32,000 nucleotides of DNA from Candidatus Saccharimonadota bacterium (GCA_039920285.1 JBDSDX010000001.1:1-32000), one strand, 5' to 3'. Counted from the stretch's first letter, positions 1 to 11,542 are shown. Numbers and translations are program-made. The notes: generated from the letters alone by a model not told the origin.

Positions 1-105
<105 letters not shown>

Positions 106-159
106 AATGTTTCTATTTCAAAACATAAGACTCATATACATAATAAACTGACGATGATT

Positions 160-181
160 GAATCTATCAAAAGATAGATTC
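160..181 (-). other. Perfect 9-bp hairpin in the 16S leader (gaatctatc-aaaa-gatagattc)
   Basis: Inverted repeat read directly from sequence. It lies between the candidate rRNA promoter and the 16S 5' end. Function (processing or antitermination) is not established. Confidence 0.4.
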
Positions 182-274
182 AGATTTGCACTACTAAATT
201 GTCAAAGATCATTGTCTCTTTTCACTTCACAACTCCACGTTGGAAAGAGGTTGCCTAGCAACCAGACTCTCCCA

Positions 275-303
275 ATCTTACACGCTATCTGTTAATCAGT
301 CAA
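275..303 (-). promoter_or_regulatory. Candidate rRNA operon promoter TTGACT-17-TAAGAT
   Basis: On the minus strand, TTGACT (303-298), a 17-nt spacer and TAAGAT (280-275) lie about 165 nt upstream of the 16S 5' end, immediately after the DUF212 stop codon. Confidence 0.4.
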
Positions 304-342
304 TACGTAAACGAGAGAATCTTTGGTGTTAAATGAAGATTT

Positions 343-774
343 CTAAAGTGTTGCAAGTGCAACAACAACTCCAACAACCATACCGACGAGCGCGCCGACC
401 ATAACTTCTTGAGGAGTGTGACCTTTGGCGACACGTGGAAGTGCAACTTTACTGTCTTTTTCTTTGATAAGTTCTGTCAAAGCTTTACCTTGTTCACCAG
501 ATGAGCGGCGGACCATAACAGCATCGTACATAACGATAGCGGCAAATAAGATGGCGAGACCGAAGAGCCCAGAGTCTCCTCCGTCCCTCACACCAATCAC
601 CATCACCAAGGCAACGACGCTGGCACTATGTGCGCTTGGCATACTCCCTGATAAATACAGCTGACGAAGGTTTTTAAACGATCGTCCGCGAATACTTGCG
701 ACGAGATACTTCGCACCCTGCGCAACTAACCATGCTAATGCAGCGGCAATTATGTAGGGTGAAAAGATATCCAT
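343..774 (-). CDS. Divergent PAP2 / DUF212 (YuiD-like) membrane protein
   Basis: 143-aa multi-TM ORF with GSMPSAHSA and MYDA...RR motifs typical of the acid-phosphatase/vanadium-haloperoxidase-related DUF212 family. Its start lies 2 nt after the gyrA stop. Confidence 0.75.
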   Translation of the reverse strand: MDIFSPYIIAAALAWLVAQGAKYLVASIRGRSFKNLRQLYLSGSMPSAHSASVVALVMVIGVRDGGDSGLFGLAILFAAIVMYDAVMVRRSSGEQGKALTELIKEKDSKVALPRVAKGHTPQEVMVGALVGMVVGVVVALATL

Positions 775-776
775 TT

Positions 777-3332
777 CTATGCTTCCTTTACGTCTTCTTC
801 AGGCTCTTCAATAGCTTGTTCAGGAACGAATCCGAATGATGAAACTTTGTCCCCTTCACCGGTTCGCATGATGCGGACACCTTGCGTGGTGCGCCCAAGT
901 ACCGGAACGTCCTTAAGCCCAACACGAATCGCTTGACCCTTGCTTGAAATCAACAGGATTTCGGCAGTATCGGCATCGAGTGAACGAACGGCAACGATTG
1001 GACCCGTCTTGGCGGTCACGATAGCTGCTTTAATTCCGACACCTCCACGTTTGTGTGACGGGAAGTTGGCTGCTTTGGTGATTTTTCCGTAACCACTTTG
1101 GCTAATAACGAGGAGATTACCTTCGTTGTTGGCGACAATGTCCATACCGACAACACTATCATTTGGTCGTAAGCGAACACCACGAACACCACGAGCTGCA
1201 CGGCCCATTGGGCGAGCGTCTGCTTCACCAAATCGAATCGCCTGACCAGCAGATGTTGAAATGATTACATCATTTTCACCTGTTGTTTTCTTAATCCAAC
1301 GTAGTTCATCACCATCATCGAGCTTGATCGCAATCAGGCCGTTCGTACGAATATTTGCGTAGTCCTTGAATGGTGTTTTCTTGACGGTTCCCTTGATGGT
1401 CGCCATGAAGAGATAGCCATCATCTTTAGCATCTTTCTCGTGTTTGATGATAGAGGTGATCTTCTCTTCTGGTTGTAACGCCAGAAGGTTAACTGCTGCG
1501 ACACCCTTTGCTGCCAGAGAGGCGGCTGGAACTTCGTATGCTTTCAGGCGGAAAATGCGGCCCTTGTTCGTGAAGAACAATAGGTAGTCGTGAGTGCTGG
1601 CTGGGATGAGTTGGTCGATGACGTCCTCTTCTTTTGTCGTCATGCCCCGTTTGCCTTTGCCACCACGATTCTGACGGCGATATTCACTCACTAATGTACG
1701 CTTGATGTAGTTTTCTGTTGTCAAAAGAATAACAGAATCTTCTTCCGGAATGAGTTCTTCATCACTGAATTTACCGAGTTCGTGGTTGATGAGTTTCGAG
1801 CGTCGTTCGTCGCCGTACTTCTCTTTCATTTCGAGTAGTTCTTCTTTGATGATTCTCAAAATCTCTTTTTCGTCAGACAAAATGCCTTCGAGTTTCTTGA
1901 TGAGTGCGAGAAGTTCATTGAGTTCGTCCTCAATTGCTTGGCGTTCAAGTCCAACCAAACGACGTAGTTGCATCGCAAGGATAGCCTTGGCTTGAATCTC
2001 ACTCAGTTTAAAGGCTTCAATCAAACTCGCTTCAGCGATGTCACTGGTTTTGCTGGCACGAATAATACGAATCACTTCATCAATATGATCAAGCGCAATT
2101 TTGTAACCTTCCAAGATATGAGCACGGGCTTTAGCGGCCTTAAGTTCAAACTCAGTTCGGCGTCGAATGACAACTTGACGGTGTTTAATGAACTCATTCA
2201 AGATCTCAACGATGCCAAGAATACGTGGTTGAATACCATCGATCAAAGCCAACATGTTGAAGTGGAAGCTCGTCTGTAGCGCAGTCATCTTGAACAGTTG
2301 GTTTAAAATTTTCTTCGGGTAAGAGTCTTTACGAAGTTCGATGACAACACGAACGGCACCACGAGCACTTTCGTCTCGCAGGTCGCTAATGACAATCTTC
2401 TTCTCTTTGTGAAGCTCGGCAATACGCTCGATGAGCGTTGCTTTATTTACACCATATGGCATTTCAGTCACTACGATTTGACTGCGACCCTTCTTAGTCT
2501 CTTCAATTTCAGTGACAGCGCGAATTGTGACGCTACCACGTCCGGTCTGATAGGCCTGCTTCATTGGCGCACCACCATAGACAACACCACCGGTTGGAAA
2601 ATCAGGACCCTTCACGAATTGGAGGAGATCATCGACAGATGATTCAGGATTATCAATCAAAGCGATTGTTGCATCAACCAATTCCCCTAAGTTGTGCGGT
2701 GGAATACTGGTCGCCATACCAACCGCGATACCAACTTGTCCGTTGAGGAGCAGGTTTGGCAAACGCGCAGGCAATACTGATGGTTCTTGTTCTGAGCCAT
2801 CGTAGTTATCGCGGAAATCTACGGTGTCTTTATCAAGGTCAGTCAGCAGTTCGTTACCAACGCGGCCCAAACGAGCCTCGGTGTAACGGTTGGCAGCTGG
2901 TGGATCTCCGTCCATTGAACCAAAGTTACCCTGTCCGTTGACGAGTGGATACCGCATCACCCAGTCTTGGGCGAGACGAACCATTGCCATATAGATAGAT
3001 GAGTCACCGTGTGGGTGATATTTACCCATAACGTCACCGATAATACGGGCGCTTTTTAGAAAACGGCCAGTTGGACGAAGGTTTTGCTCACCCATCGTAT
3101 AGAGAATACGTCGGTGAACCGGCTTCATACCATCACGAACATCTGGTAGTGCACGGTCAATGATGACACTCATCGAATACTTCAGGAAGCTATCTTCCAT
3201 CACGTCTTCAACTGATTGTTTTTCAACTAATCGAGAGTGTGTTTGTGGTGCGATGATAACATCGCCGTCTGCGTTTACCGGAAGAAGTTCTTCGGCTGCG
3301 TTTGCTGAGTCAAAAATCTGTTCGTCGTCCAT
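777..3332 (-). CDS. gyrA: DNA gyrase subunit A
   Basis: 851 aa with [18 protein letters not shown] and HPHGDSSIY (active-site Tyr region) and C-terminal beta-pinwheel repeats. The start codon is 1 nt after the gyrB stop (TAGTATG). Confidence 0.97.
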   Translation of the reverse strand: MDDEQIFDSANAAEELLPVNADGDVIIAPQTHSRLVEKQSVEDVMEDSFLKYSMSVIIDRALPDVRDGMKPVHRRILYTMGEQNLRPTGRFLKSARIIGDVMGKYHPHGDSSIYMAMVRLAQDWVMRYPLVNGQGNFGSMDGDPPAANRYTEARLGRVGNELLTDLDKDTVDFRDNYDGSEQEPSVLPARLPNLLLNGQVGIAVGMATSIPPHNLGELVDATIALIDNPESSVDDLLQFVKGPDFPTGGVVYGGAPMKQAYQTGRGSVTIRAVTEIEETKKGRSQIVVTEMPYGVNKATLIERIAELHKEKKIVISDLRDESARGAVRVVIELRKDSYPKKILNQLFKMTALQTSFHFNMLALIDGIQPRILGIVEILNEFIKHRQVVIRRRTEFELKAAKARAHILEGYKIALDHIDEVIRIIRASKTSDIAEASLIEAFKLSEIQAKAILAMQLRRLVGLERQAIEDELNELLALIKKLEGILSDEKEILRIIKEELLEMKEKYGDERRSKLINHELGKFSDEELIPEEDSVILLTTENYIKRTLVSEYRRQNRGGKGKRGMTTKEEDVIDQLIPASTHDYLLFFTNKGRIFRLKAYEVPAASLAAKGVAAVNLLALQPEEKITSIIKHEKDAKDDGYLFMATIKGTVKKTPFKDYANIRTNGLIAIKLDDGDELRWIKKTTGENDVIISTSAGQAIRFGEADARPMGRAARGVRGVRLRPNDSVVGMDIVANNEGNLLVISQSGYGKITKAANFPSHKRGGVGIKAAIVTAKTGPIVAVRSLDADTAEILLISSKGQAIRVGLKDVPVLGRTTQGVRIMRTGEGDKVSSFGFVPEQAIEEPEEDVKEA

Positions 3333-3333
3333 A

Positions 3334-5340
<2,007 letters not shown>

Positions 5341-5474
5341 CTATATTTTCGGCCTTTTCGGTCGTGTGACTCCCACTATTATAACGAAAAAAAAGTATTC
5401 ACTCAAGGGTACTTGCACTGAACATATTAGTTATGCTAATCTTATGCACAAGAGGTCCCTAAAAAACAAAAAAT

Positions 5475-6647
5475 ATGTTCAGGAAAATTGTCTCTCACCT
5501 GTCTTTCAGCCCCGCACTAGTCGGTCAACTCGGCTTCTACGCAAAACGGCTTCGAAAGGAACAAACAACCCGTCGACTCGGGTTAATTTTCGTTGCACTC
5601 GCATTAGTCGTACAAAGTGTGGCGGTATTCCAGCCACCCGAATCAGCTAACGCGGCAAGCGATAACGACCTTGTCCCCGGTGGGCTCGGCTTAGGCGCTA
5701 ACCGTTCGCTGAACAACTTCCTCGCACCATACGATGCGAACACACGCAATTTGAAAGACATCGCGACCACACTTGGTCTGACGCGCGACGAAATCGCCAA
5801 CGCACAATATAGTTCATTCATTACTGGTTCAGTTCACCGTTCATTCGGTCACGATGCAAAATACAGCCCCGCACAAGGTGAAGTAGCGATGCCGGTATAT
5901 AATGCCTCTGGTGTTCAGGTGACGACACTCTATTCTCGTCCCCTGTCTCTTGCTAACGGAACAAACGCACGTATATATGCATGGATTGGTCACTCAGCTA
6001 AGGCTGGGTGGTTCGCCGTTATGCAAGCTTGCGGTAATTTAGTGATAGATAACGTTCCGGCACCGCCAGCACCAGGTAAAGTGGTTCAAAGTAAAACCGG
6101 TACCAACCTGAGTCAAGGCAACGTTGCTGCTTCGACAGTAGCCGCCAAACAAGATGATCGCATTTCATTCACTATCACTGTGAAAAACACTGGCGGACTC
6201 GCTATTGTCGCAGATATCGACGATATCTTGAAAGACACCCTTGAATACTCGAAGCTCATTGATCTTGGAGGCGGTACCTTCAACGAAACAACGCAAACAT
6301 TATCATGGCCAAAGGTAACTCTGGCGCCAAATGAAACCCAATCGCGCACCTTTGCGATTCAAATGGCATCAACTATTCCGACCACACCAACAGGTCAAAG
6401 CGATGCAACCTCGTTCGACTGTATTATGGTGAATACATTTGGTAATACGATTCAGGTCCCTGTCAGCTGTGCACCACCGAAGGTGATTGAAAAAATCACG
6501 ACTGAATTGCCACACACTGGTCCAACTGAGAATATGATCTTCGCGGGCATTGTCCTCGGCGTCGTCACCTTCTTCTACTTCCGATCAAAACAAATGAATA
6601 AAGAAGTTCGCTTGATTCGTCGCGACCTTAACGCAGGAAACATCTAA
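5475..6647 (+). CDS. Secreted cell-wall-anchored surface protein (LPxTG-type sorting signal, DUF11/CARDB-like repeat region)
   Basis: 390 aa. The N-terminal hydrophobic segment ends ...PPESANA. LPHTG (6507-6521) is followed by a TM helix and a charged tail. The internal ISFTITVKNTGG beta-sandwich-like motif is typical of DUF11-type domains. Confidence 0.8.
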   Translation: MFRKIVSHLSFSPALVGQLGFYAKRLRKEQTTRRLGLIFVALALVVQSVAVFQPPESANAASDNDLVPGGLGLGANRSLNNFLAPYDANTRNLKDIATTLGLTRDEIANAQYSSFITGSVHRSFGHDAKYSPAQGEVAMPVYNASGVQVTTLYSRPLSLANGTNARIYAWIGHSAKAGWFAVMQACGNLVIDNVPAPPAPGKVVQSKTGTNLSQGNVAASTVAAKQDDRISFTITVKNTGGLAIVADIDDILKDTLEYSKLIDLGGGTFNETTQTLSWPKVTLAPNETQSRTFAIQMASTIPTTPTGQSDATSFDCIMVNTFGNTIQVPVSCAPPKVIEKITTELPHTGPTENMIFAGIVLGVVTFFYFRSKQMNKEVRLIRRDLNAGNI

Positions 6648-6648
6648 T

Positions 6649-7233
6649 ATGAGTACAACACCCGAAGAAGCACCAAAAGGTAACGAGTCATTAAAGACAC
6701 CAGAAGCCTCTGCAGAGCAGTACGAAGCTCTGCGCGATAAGATTGAAGCTGGCGCTGAGATCGGCATCGAGAACGCTGAAAAGACCGCTGAAAAAGCGAA
6801 GATTGAAGCACTCGAAACTGCCATCAGTATTGAAGCAGGAAGTGCAGAGAAAGCTCGTAAAGAGCCGAAGTCTGCTGCACCAGCGAAACGCCGTGGAACA
6901 ATCTCAAAGAAAGAAAAAGAAGCAAGCTTTAAGCGTCATATGAAAAACGTTCAAGCAGAAATGCCTCCTGTCCAACGTGCCTTCAGTAAGTTTATCCATG
7001 CAAAGGCTATCGAGCGTACCAGCGAAGTCGTTGGTGGTACGATCGCTCGTCCAAATGCTATTCTCTCTGGCGCTATCGTCGCCTTTGTTCTTGTGTTAGC
7101 TGTCTACTTGATTGCAAAACACCTTGGCTATGTCTTATCAGGCTTTGAAACCATCGCTGCCTTCGCAGTCGGTTGGATTATCGGTCTTCTCTATGACTTC
7201 TTCCGCGTGATGATCACCGGCAAAAAATCTTAA
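6649..7233 (+). CDS. Tail-anchored membrane protein (charged Ala/Glu/Lys-rich N-terminus, two C-terminal TM helices)
   Basis: 194-aa ORF whose ATG lies 1 nt after the upstream stop, suggesting translational coupling. No family was recognised. Confidence 0.6.
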   Translation: MSTTPEEAPKGNESLKTPEASAEQYEALRDKIEAGAEIGIENAEKTAEKAKIEALETAISIEAGSAEKARKEPKSAAPAKRRGTISKKEKEASFKRHMKNVQAEMPPVQRAFSKFIHAKAIERTSEVVGGTIARPNAILSGAIVAFVLVLAVYLIAKHLGYVLSGFETIAAFAVGWIIGLLYDFFRVMITGKKS

Positions 7234-10131
7234 TTATCGTAGTTTAACGTGAACCTCATCCGCCGCACCTTCGACTTGGTCGCGGACGTGTAGCTTGTGC
7301 GGCTCGTGTGTTACCGGTTTCTCTACAGGTTTTTCTATAGGCTTTTCGGCAGGTTTGCTCATTGGTTTTTCAACAGGCTTCAGTGGTTCTACTGGAGCTT
7401 CTTTTACTTCAGGAGCTGGCATCGGAGCTGGTGCAACAGGCGCAGCCACAGTTGGACCATAGGCAGGATTCGGATGTGCGACGGCAGGTGCGAGTGGTTG
7501 CCTCGGTGTATCAGCGATCTGTTGACGCTTGGCAAGCCAATCATCAAGGAACGATGATCCCCCACCAGCCGGGACCGGAGCTGCAGGTGCTGGAGCAGTG
7601 CCTGGGACACCTGTTGGTGCGCCGGCATTTTGGAAGGTCGCCATACGATCTTGTTGTGCTTTCTTGAGTGCATCCATCTTGGCCTTACGAGCAGCATCGC
7701 CCGCACCGAGGCGACCGAAGATATCACGATCAACTTCAGCCCTAGGACGGCCGTACTTAGCCCCAGAGAGCTTCTTGAGTGCATCTCTGAGTTGTGGGTT
7801 ACTTTGGCCCATTGCTGGCACCAGTGACATACTAAAGGCCGCAGACGGCACGTTATTAATCATGACTGAGGCGATCGTTTTAAAGTTTGGCAGTTTGGTC
7901 AGATCTTCAGCGTCAAAGGTTGGTGCAAACTTCTTTTGCAGCAACTCGGCATCAGTAATACCGATACGTCCTGCGATCACCGTCCCGATGTTTCCGATGA
8001 TTGCTTCGCGGATCTTATCAGTAAGCTGAGTCATGAACTGGTTAGCAAGGATCAAACTAAGACGATACTTACGAGCTTCAGACAAAATACTCTCGAAGCT
8101 ATCAGTGGCGAAGTTCTGGAACTCATCAACGTAGAGTGAAAAATCTTCACGTTCGTTCTCTGGTATATCAGCACGACCCATAGCAGCAGCTTGGAACTTC
8201 ATAATGAAGATCATACCCAGTAATTGTGAGTTCAACTCACCTGTTCGTCCCTTTGAAAGGTTCACTAGGAGGATTTTTTTGTTATCCATAATTTCACGAA
8301 GATCGAATCCACTCTTGGTCTGACCAATAATGTTACGCATCATGTCGTTACCGAGGAAGGCACCGAACTTACTGGCAAACCACCCCAGCATCTCACCCTT
8401 TGATGATTCGCTTGTTTGAGCCATTTCTTTGTTCCAGAAATCAAGAACTGTTCGGTTCGTCAGGTATTTAATCTTCTCGTCAGCAAACGCTTGGTCGATG
8501 AACACTTGTTGAACATCAAGGAAAGATGAGCCGGCTGGATCAGCCATGACGGTGAGTGCCGCGTTACGGAACCACGACTCAAACCGTGGACCGACAATAC
8601 CTGTGTGGCCTGGGTCATACAACTTATAGATCATAGCAATCGATTCTTGGATCAAGAAGTCTTGTTGGTCTTGGGTTTCAAATTCAAATAAGTTCAACCC
8701 GATCGGCATTTCCATGTCGCTTGGACTAAAGTAAATAACATCTTCGACACGCTCTTTCGGTACCATACCGAGTAGCTCTTCAGCTGAGTCACCGTGCGGG
8801 TCAATAAAGGCAAAGCCTTTACCGTCCATCATGTCTTGGTACGCAAGATTTTCGAGCAACTTCGATTTACCAGTACCCGTCTGACCAATCACATAGGTGT
8901 GACGACGACGATCATTGGTTGCAAGACGAATCGGTTTCTTCACACCGCGGAATTCATTGACTCCAAGAAGGAAACCTTCGTCCATTGCTTCTGTCGGACC
9001 ATCGACCTGCTTGTCCATTTGGCGATGAACCTGTGACGTCGGAATTGAACTCTGATTTGGTAAGTGAAAAATAGTCGCCAGCTCAACGGTATTGAGAATG
9101 TTCGAAGCTACCTCTTGTGGGAAGAACCTGAATATATATGCCGTGACGAATTCGTCGATATTTTTGCTGATCGTAAATTTAAACCCGTTATTAGATGATG
9201 AATCAAATAACGAAAAGGCCGACACAACACTATTCATAAGTGTCTGTGAGCGTCCAGCAGTACTTGATGAAGCGACGACACGAATCAACGTCTCGTAGCC
9301 CGGATAGCGAGTCTTCTCTTCAATCGCGTCGACAATCCCTTGCTCAAGTGAACTGAGTTGTTTCTCTTCTTGCTTCACTTCATGAACTTCGGGTGGTTTC
9401 CAAAGAGCCTCCATGACGCCTCGTACGTTAAAGTGGTTCGTACTCAGTCCGTGTTTGCTCTTGTTCTTGCGAATAAGGTCGGCCGTATACACCGAGCTGC
9501 GAGTCCAACCCGAGCTGGCCGGACGAATTAAGAATTGGATACCGACACCGTCCTCTTTTGTCGCTGCAGATAAAGCATTCAACATTGCGCGAGCTGCATC
9601 GCGTTTACTCTCTTGGAATGTTGCGATCGGATAGGCGAAGTTCTTCTTCAAGGTAAACTCGCCCCCGACTGTACCGCTCATGCGTCCAGCTGGATTAAAG
9701 ATATTTCGCTCTTCGACTTCTTCGAGCCGAGCAGTTGGATAAGCTGCGGCAACTGCCTGAGTCATCATTTCAATCATTGAAGTCGGAACGACAACATAAT
9801 AGTGAACCAAGCCGCCGTGCGCGACTACTTCAAATGAGACATGGCGCTGACCATATACACGACTCTTGAAACCCTTGGTCGCCGTACTAGCAATGATGTT
9901 ATACATCACTTGAGCCTGCGACAAGACTTCTTCGGTGAGGTCACGTTCGTCACGCCCATTACTTTCAAGGTCATCGCCGGCTGGTGGAATATGAATATAG
10001 AGTGGCACCATCTTGAGACCACGTTCGTAGTTCTTCGCTTCACGCAGTACACGACGGTATTGAAGTAAGACAAAGGTTAAGACACCGGCTACCAGCAGGA
10101 TTATGACCAAAACCGTTATGATTGTTCCCAT
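7234..10131 (-). CDS. Type IV coupling-protein-like (TrwB/TraD/VirD4-type) membrane ATPase with a Pro-rich C-terminal tail
   Basis: 965 aa with an N-terminal TM helix, Walker A HTYVIGQTGTGKSK, then FIDPHGD, a Walker-B-like FSLYVDEFQNF and ARKYRLSLILANQ. The AAGAGG RBS is read from sequence. Family assignment is by motif recognition only. Confidence 0.8.
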   Translation of the reverse strand: MGTIITVLVIILLVAGVLTFVLLQYRRVLREAKNYERGLKMVPLYIHIPPAGDDLESNGRDERDLTEEVLSQAQVMYNIIASTATKGFKSRVYGQRHVSFEVVAHGGLVHYYVVVPTSMIEMMTQAVAAAYPTARLEEVEERNIFNPAGRMSGTVGGEFTLKKNFAYPIATFQESKRDAARAMLNALSAATKEDGVGIQFLIRPASSGWTRSSVYTADLIRKNKSKHGLSTNHFNVRGVMEALWKPPEVHEVKQEEKQLSSLEQGIVDAIEEKTRYPGYETLIRVVASSSTAGRSQTLMNSVVSAFSLFDSSSNNGFKFTISKNIDEFVTAYIFRFFPQEVASNILNTVELATIFHLPNQSSIPTSQVHRQMDKQVDGPTEAMDEGFLLGVNEFRGVKKPIRLATNDRRRHTYVIGQTGTGKSKLLENLAYQDMMDGKGFAFIDPHGDSAEELLGMVPKERVEDVIYFSPSDMEMPIGLNLFEFETQDQQDFLIQESIAMIYKLYDPGHTGIVGPRFESWFRNAALTVMADPAGSSFLDVQQVFIDQAFADEKIKYLTNRTVLDFWNKEMAQTSESSKGEMLGWFASKFGAFLGNDMMRNIIGQTKSGFDLREIMDNKKILLVNLSKGRTGELNSQLLGMIFIMKFQAAAMGRADIPENEREDFSLYVDEFQNFATDSFESILSEARKYRLSLILANQFMTQLTDKIREAIIGNIGTVIAGRIGITDAELLQKKFAPTFDAEDLTKLPNFKTIASVMINNVPSAAFSMSLVPAMGQSNPQLRDALKKLSGAKYGRPRAEVDRDIFGRLGAGDAARKAKMDALKKAQQDRMATFQNAGAPTGVPGTAPAPAAPVPAGGGSSFLDDWLAKRQQIADTPRQPLAPAVAHPNPAYGPTVAAPVAPAPMPAPEVKEAPVEPLKPVEKPMSKPAEKPIEKPVEKPVTHEPHKLHVRDQVEGAADEVHVKLR

Positions 10132-10162
10132 TACCTCTTCTTATCTCCCCTAGTGTTCGCGC

Positions 10163-10576
10163 TTATTCGCCGCTGGCACCAAGCACTTTCCCGAATCGTT
10201 TTTGCAGATATTCTTTCTGCAGGTCGTTCACCCGAGCCGTCCGTCCGTGCGGATCGTCCTTGGTTGAGCCAATAATTTGCTTGGCTTTATCGACCCATTC
10301 CTTTTCGATGACGTCTTGGTCTTCGGCTACCAATGGACCAACAGATGTTGGTGTCGTCGGGTCAATCGTTGGCGTAACTGGCACCATAATTGGTGCAGCA
10401 TATGAGGCAGCGTCCGCGACTGCTGCATTCGCTTCGGCGGCTTGTTTGGTGCGCTCGAGACCAGTTTCAAGTCCACTTTCAGGGGTCGGTAAGACCGGAA
10501 TACGTTCAGCGTTGTTCGCTGGCGTAACAGGTAGTTGTTCTGGCCCAATAGGGGCCCGAGAGTTTTCGGGCTGCAT
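10163..10576 (-). CDS. Hypothetical protein (Pro/Ala-rich disordered N-terminus, charged helical C-terminus)
   Basis: 137-aa ORF co-directional with the ATPase gene and 31 nt upstream of it. TGcTATAAT (10592-10584) lies 7 nt before the ATG, suggesting a leaderless mRNA. The antisense 157-aa ORF looks compositionally spurious. Confidence 0.55.
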   Translation of the reverse strand: MQPENSRAPIGPEQLPVTPANNAERIPVLPTPESGLETGLERTKQAAEANAAVADAASYAAPIMVPVTPTIDPTTPTSVGPLVAEDQDVIEKEWVDKAKQIIGSTKDDPHGRTARVNDLQKEYLQKRFGKVLGASGE

Positions 10577-10620
10577 ATCTGTAATTATAGCATAACGACC
10601 ATGAGCGAGAGTGGGTGTTT

Positions 10621-11064
10621 TTAATAAATTCTTTTCGTCACATAGAGGCAGCCGATCACCTCAAAAACGACCACAAGAAGCAACTCATATATACCGACTG
10701 CTCCGACTGATTGTAGACCAATCAGCATCACTGGTGCAGCCGCCAGGACTGTTGAATAATAGTACGAACGGCGAAACGACAACGGTTGGATTGGCTTCTT
10801 CATCGTGAAGCCAGATGACGCATACGCAAAAAGTCGTGAGCCACCATACAAAAAAAAGCTCATCAAACCGAGTGAGGTGAGATAAGCTGATATGAAAATT
10901 ACCAAAAGTCCGAATGGACCGGCCGAAGCTGGCGTTGTGAAAACCAGCATCAGCGAGAGCAAGCAGAGGCTTGCGACGGTAATAAGTGCGATAACTCTTT
11001 GTAACATAATAGCTTTACTATATACGAAGCATAAGAGTTTTAAAATATGGAGCCCGAGTGACAC
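10621..11064 (-). CDS. Small integral membrane protein (about 4 TM helices)
   Basis: The 147-aa ORF begins with GTG at 11064. An alternative ATG (MLQRV...) lies at 11007. The hydrophobic helix pattern is clear. No family was recognised. Confidence 0.6.
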   Translation of the reverse strand: MSLGLHILKLLCFVYSKAIMLQRVIALITVASLCLLSLMLVFTTPASAGPFGLLVIFISAYLTSLGLMSFFLYGGSRLFAYASSGFTMKKPIQPLSFRRSYYYSTVLAAAPVMLIGLQSVGAVGIYELLLVVVFEVIGCLYVTKRIY

Positions 11065-11111
11065 GCCATGTGTTCAAGATTGCAGCAGACGCCGCTAAAT
11101 ATTAAATATTA

Positions 11112-11365
11112 GGCGTGTGAACCAAGAACGACGTATCACTACGAGGCTATCTGACCGCCCTAGGAAACCTAAGGCAACCGTGTGCTCAGTCTGTATTCCC
11201 TATTGCACACGCCAAGTAGTTTCTTTGCTCTTCTTTGTAAGAGTAAGGATTTTACTTGGCGTGTGCCGGTACTACACAGCGCAAACGCCTTTGGCGGAGC
11301 ATCGGCGCCACCGCAGGCAAGATAATCAAAAAAGTACGAATCTCCATATAGGAGGATATTTGATT
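11112..11365. other. Densely structured non-coding element of unknown class (candidate ncRNA or long 5' leader)
   Basis: - A 13-bp perfect stem pairs 11206-11218 with 11253-11265, enclosing a nested ctctt/aagag stem.
- An upstream copy of ggcgtgtg (11112-11119) can pair alternatively with 11206-11213.
- A 7-bp hairpin lies at 11158-11174.
- The 11132-11143 hairpin has a GTGA (GNRA) loop if read on the minus strand.
- GC-rich nested stems lie at 11279-11308.
- No ORF here has protein-like composition. Confidence 0.4.
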
Positions 11366-11542
11366 GTTCCTTGCTGCCTAATGGCAACGCCAACTTTCCG
11401 TCAAATGAGGGTCAGTGGATACAAGAGTTTATGATGTTAAGGTGTTGAACTTTGAACGGTGCTTTTGTTTGTTTTGTTTTAAAAGCTATTTCTAATCTAG
11501 CATAAACATGATGCTTGGTCAATACTCTGGGAACATATTTAT

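Noticed and set aside
10122-10595. A 157-aa plus-strand ORF lies antisense to the 137-aa minus-strand gene.
   Set aside because: Its composition is Ser/Cys/Gly-rich and low-complexity, with no start signals. The minus-strand ORF has a -10 box at leaderless distance and is co-directional with the downstream ATPase gene.
11262-11300. Short similarities to the tmRNA 3' end (tgccggtact versus tgccgggtact, and tggcggagc versus tggtggagc) could mark an att-site duplication.
   Set aside because: The matches are only 9-11 nt with an indel or mismatch, and they occur in the wrong relative order. No integrase is present, so this is compatible with chance.
11279-11325. There is a possible fluoride (crcB-motif) riboswitch. 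On the minus strand, GGCG-CCGAUGCUC-CGCC-AAA-GGCGUUUGCGCU resembles the P1/P3 layout, and a small 4-TM gene lies downstream.
   Set aside because: The 3' segment lacks the conserved pseudoknot-forming ...GAUG..CCUAC sequence complementary to the P1 loop. The downstream protein lacks CrcB motifs such as GGLTTFSTF. The element also lies more than 200 nt from the gene start.
11117-11434. A 105-aa ORF (plus) and a 74-aa ORF (minus, 11169-11393) lie in the structured intergenic region.
   Set aside because: Neither translation looks protein-like (Arg/Cys/Leu-rich, no RBS). The region is dominated by nested helices and is better explained as RNA structure.
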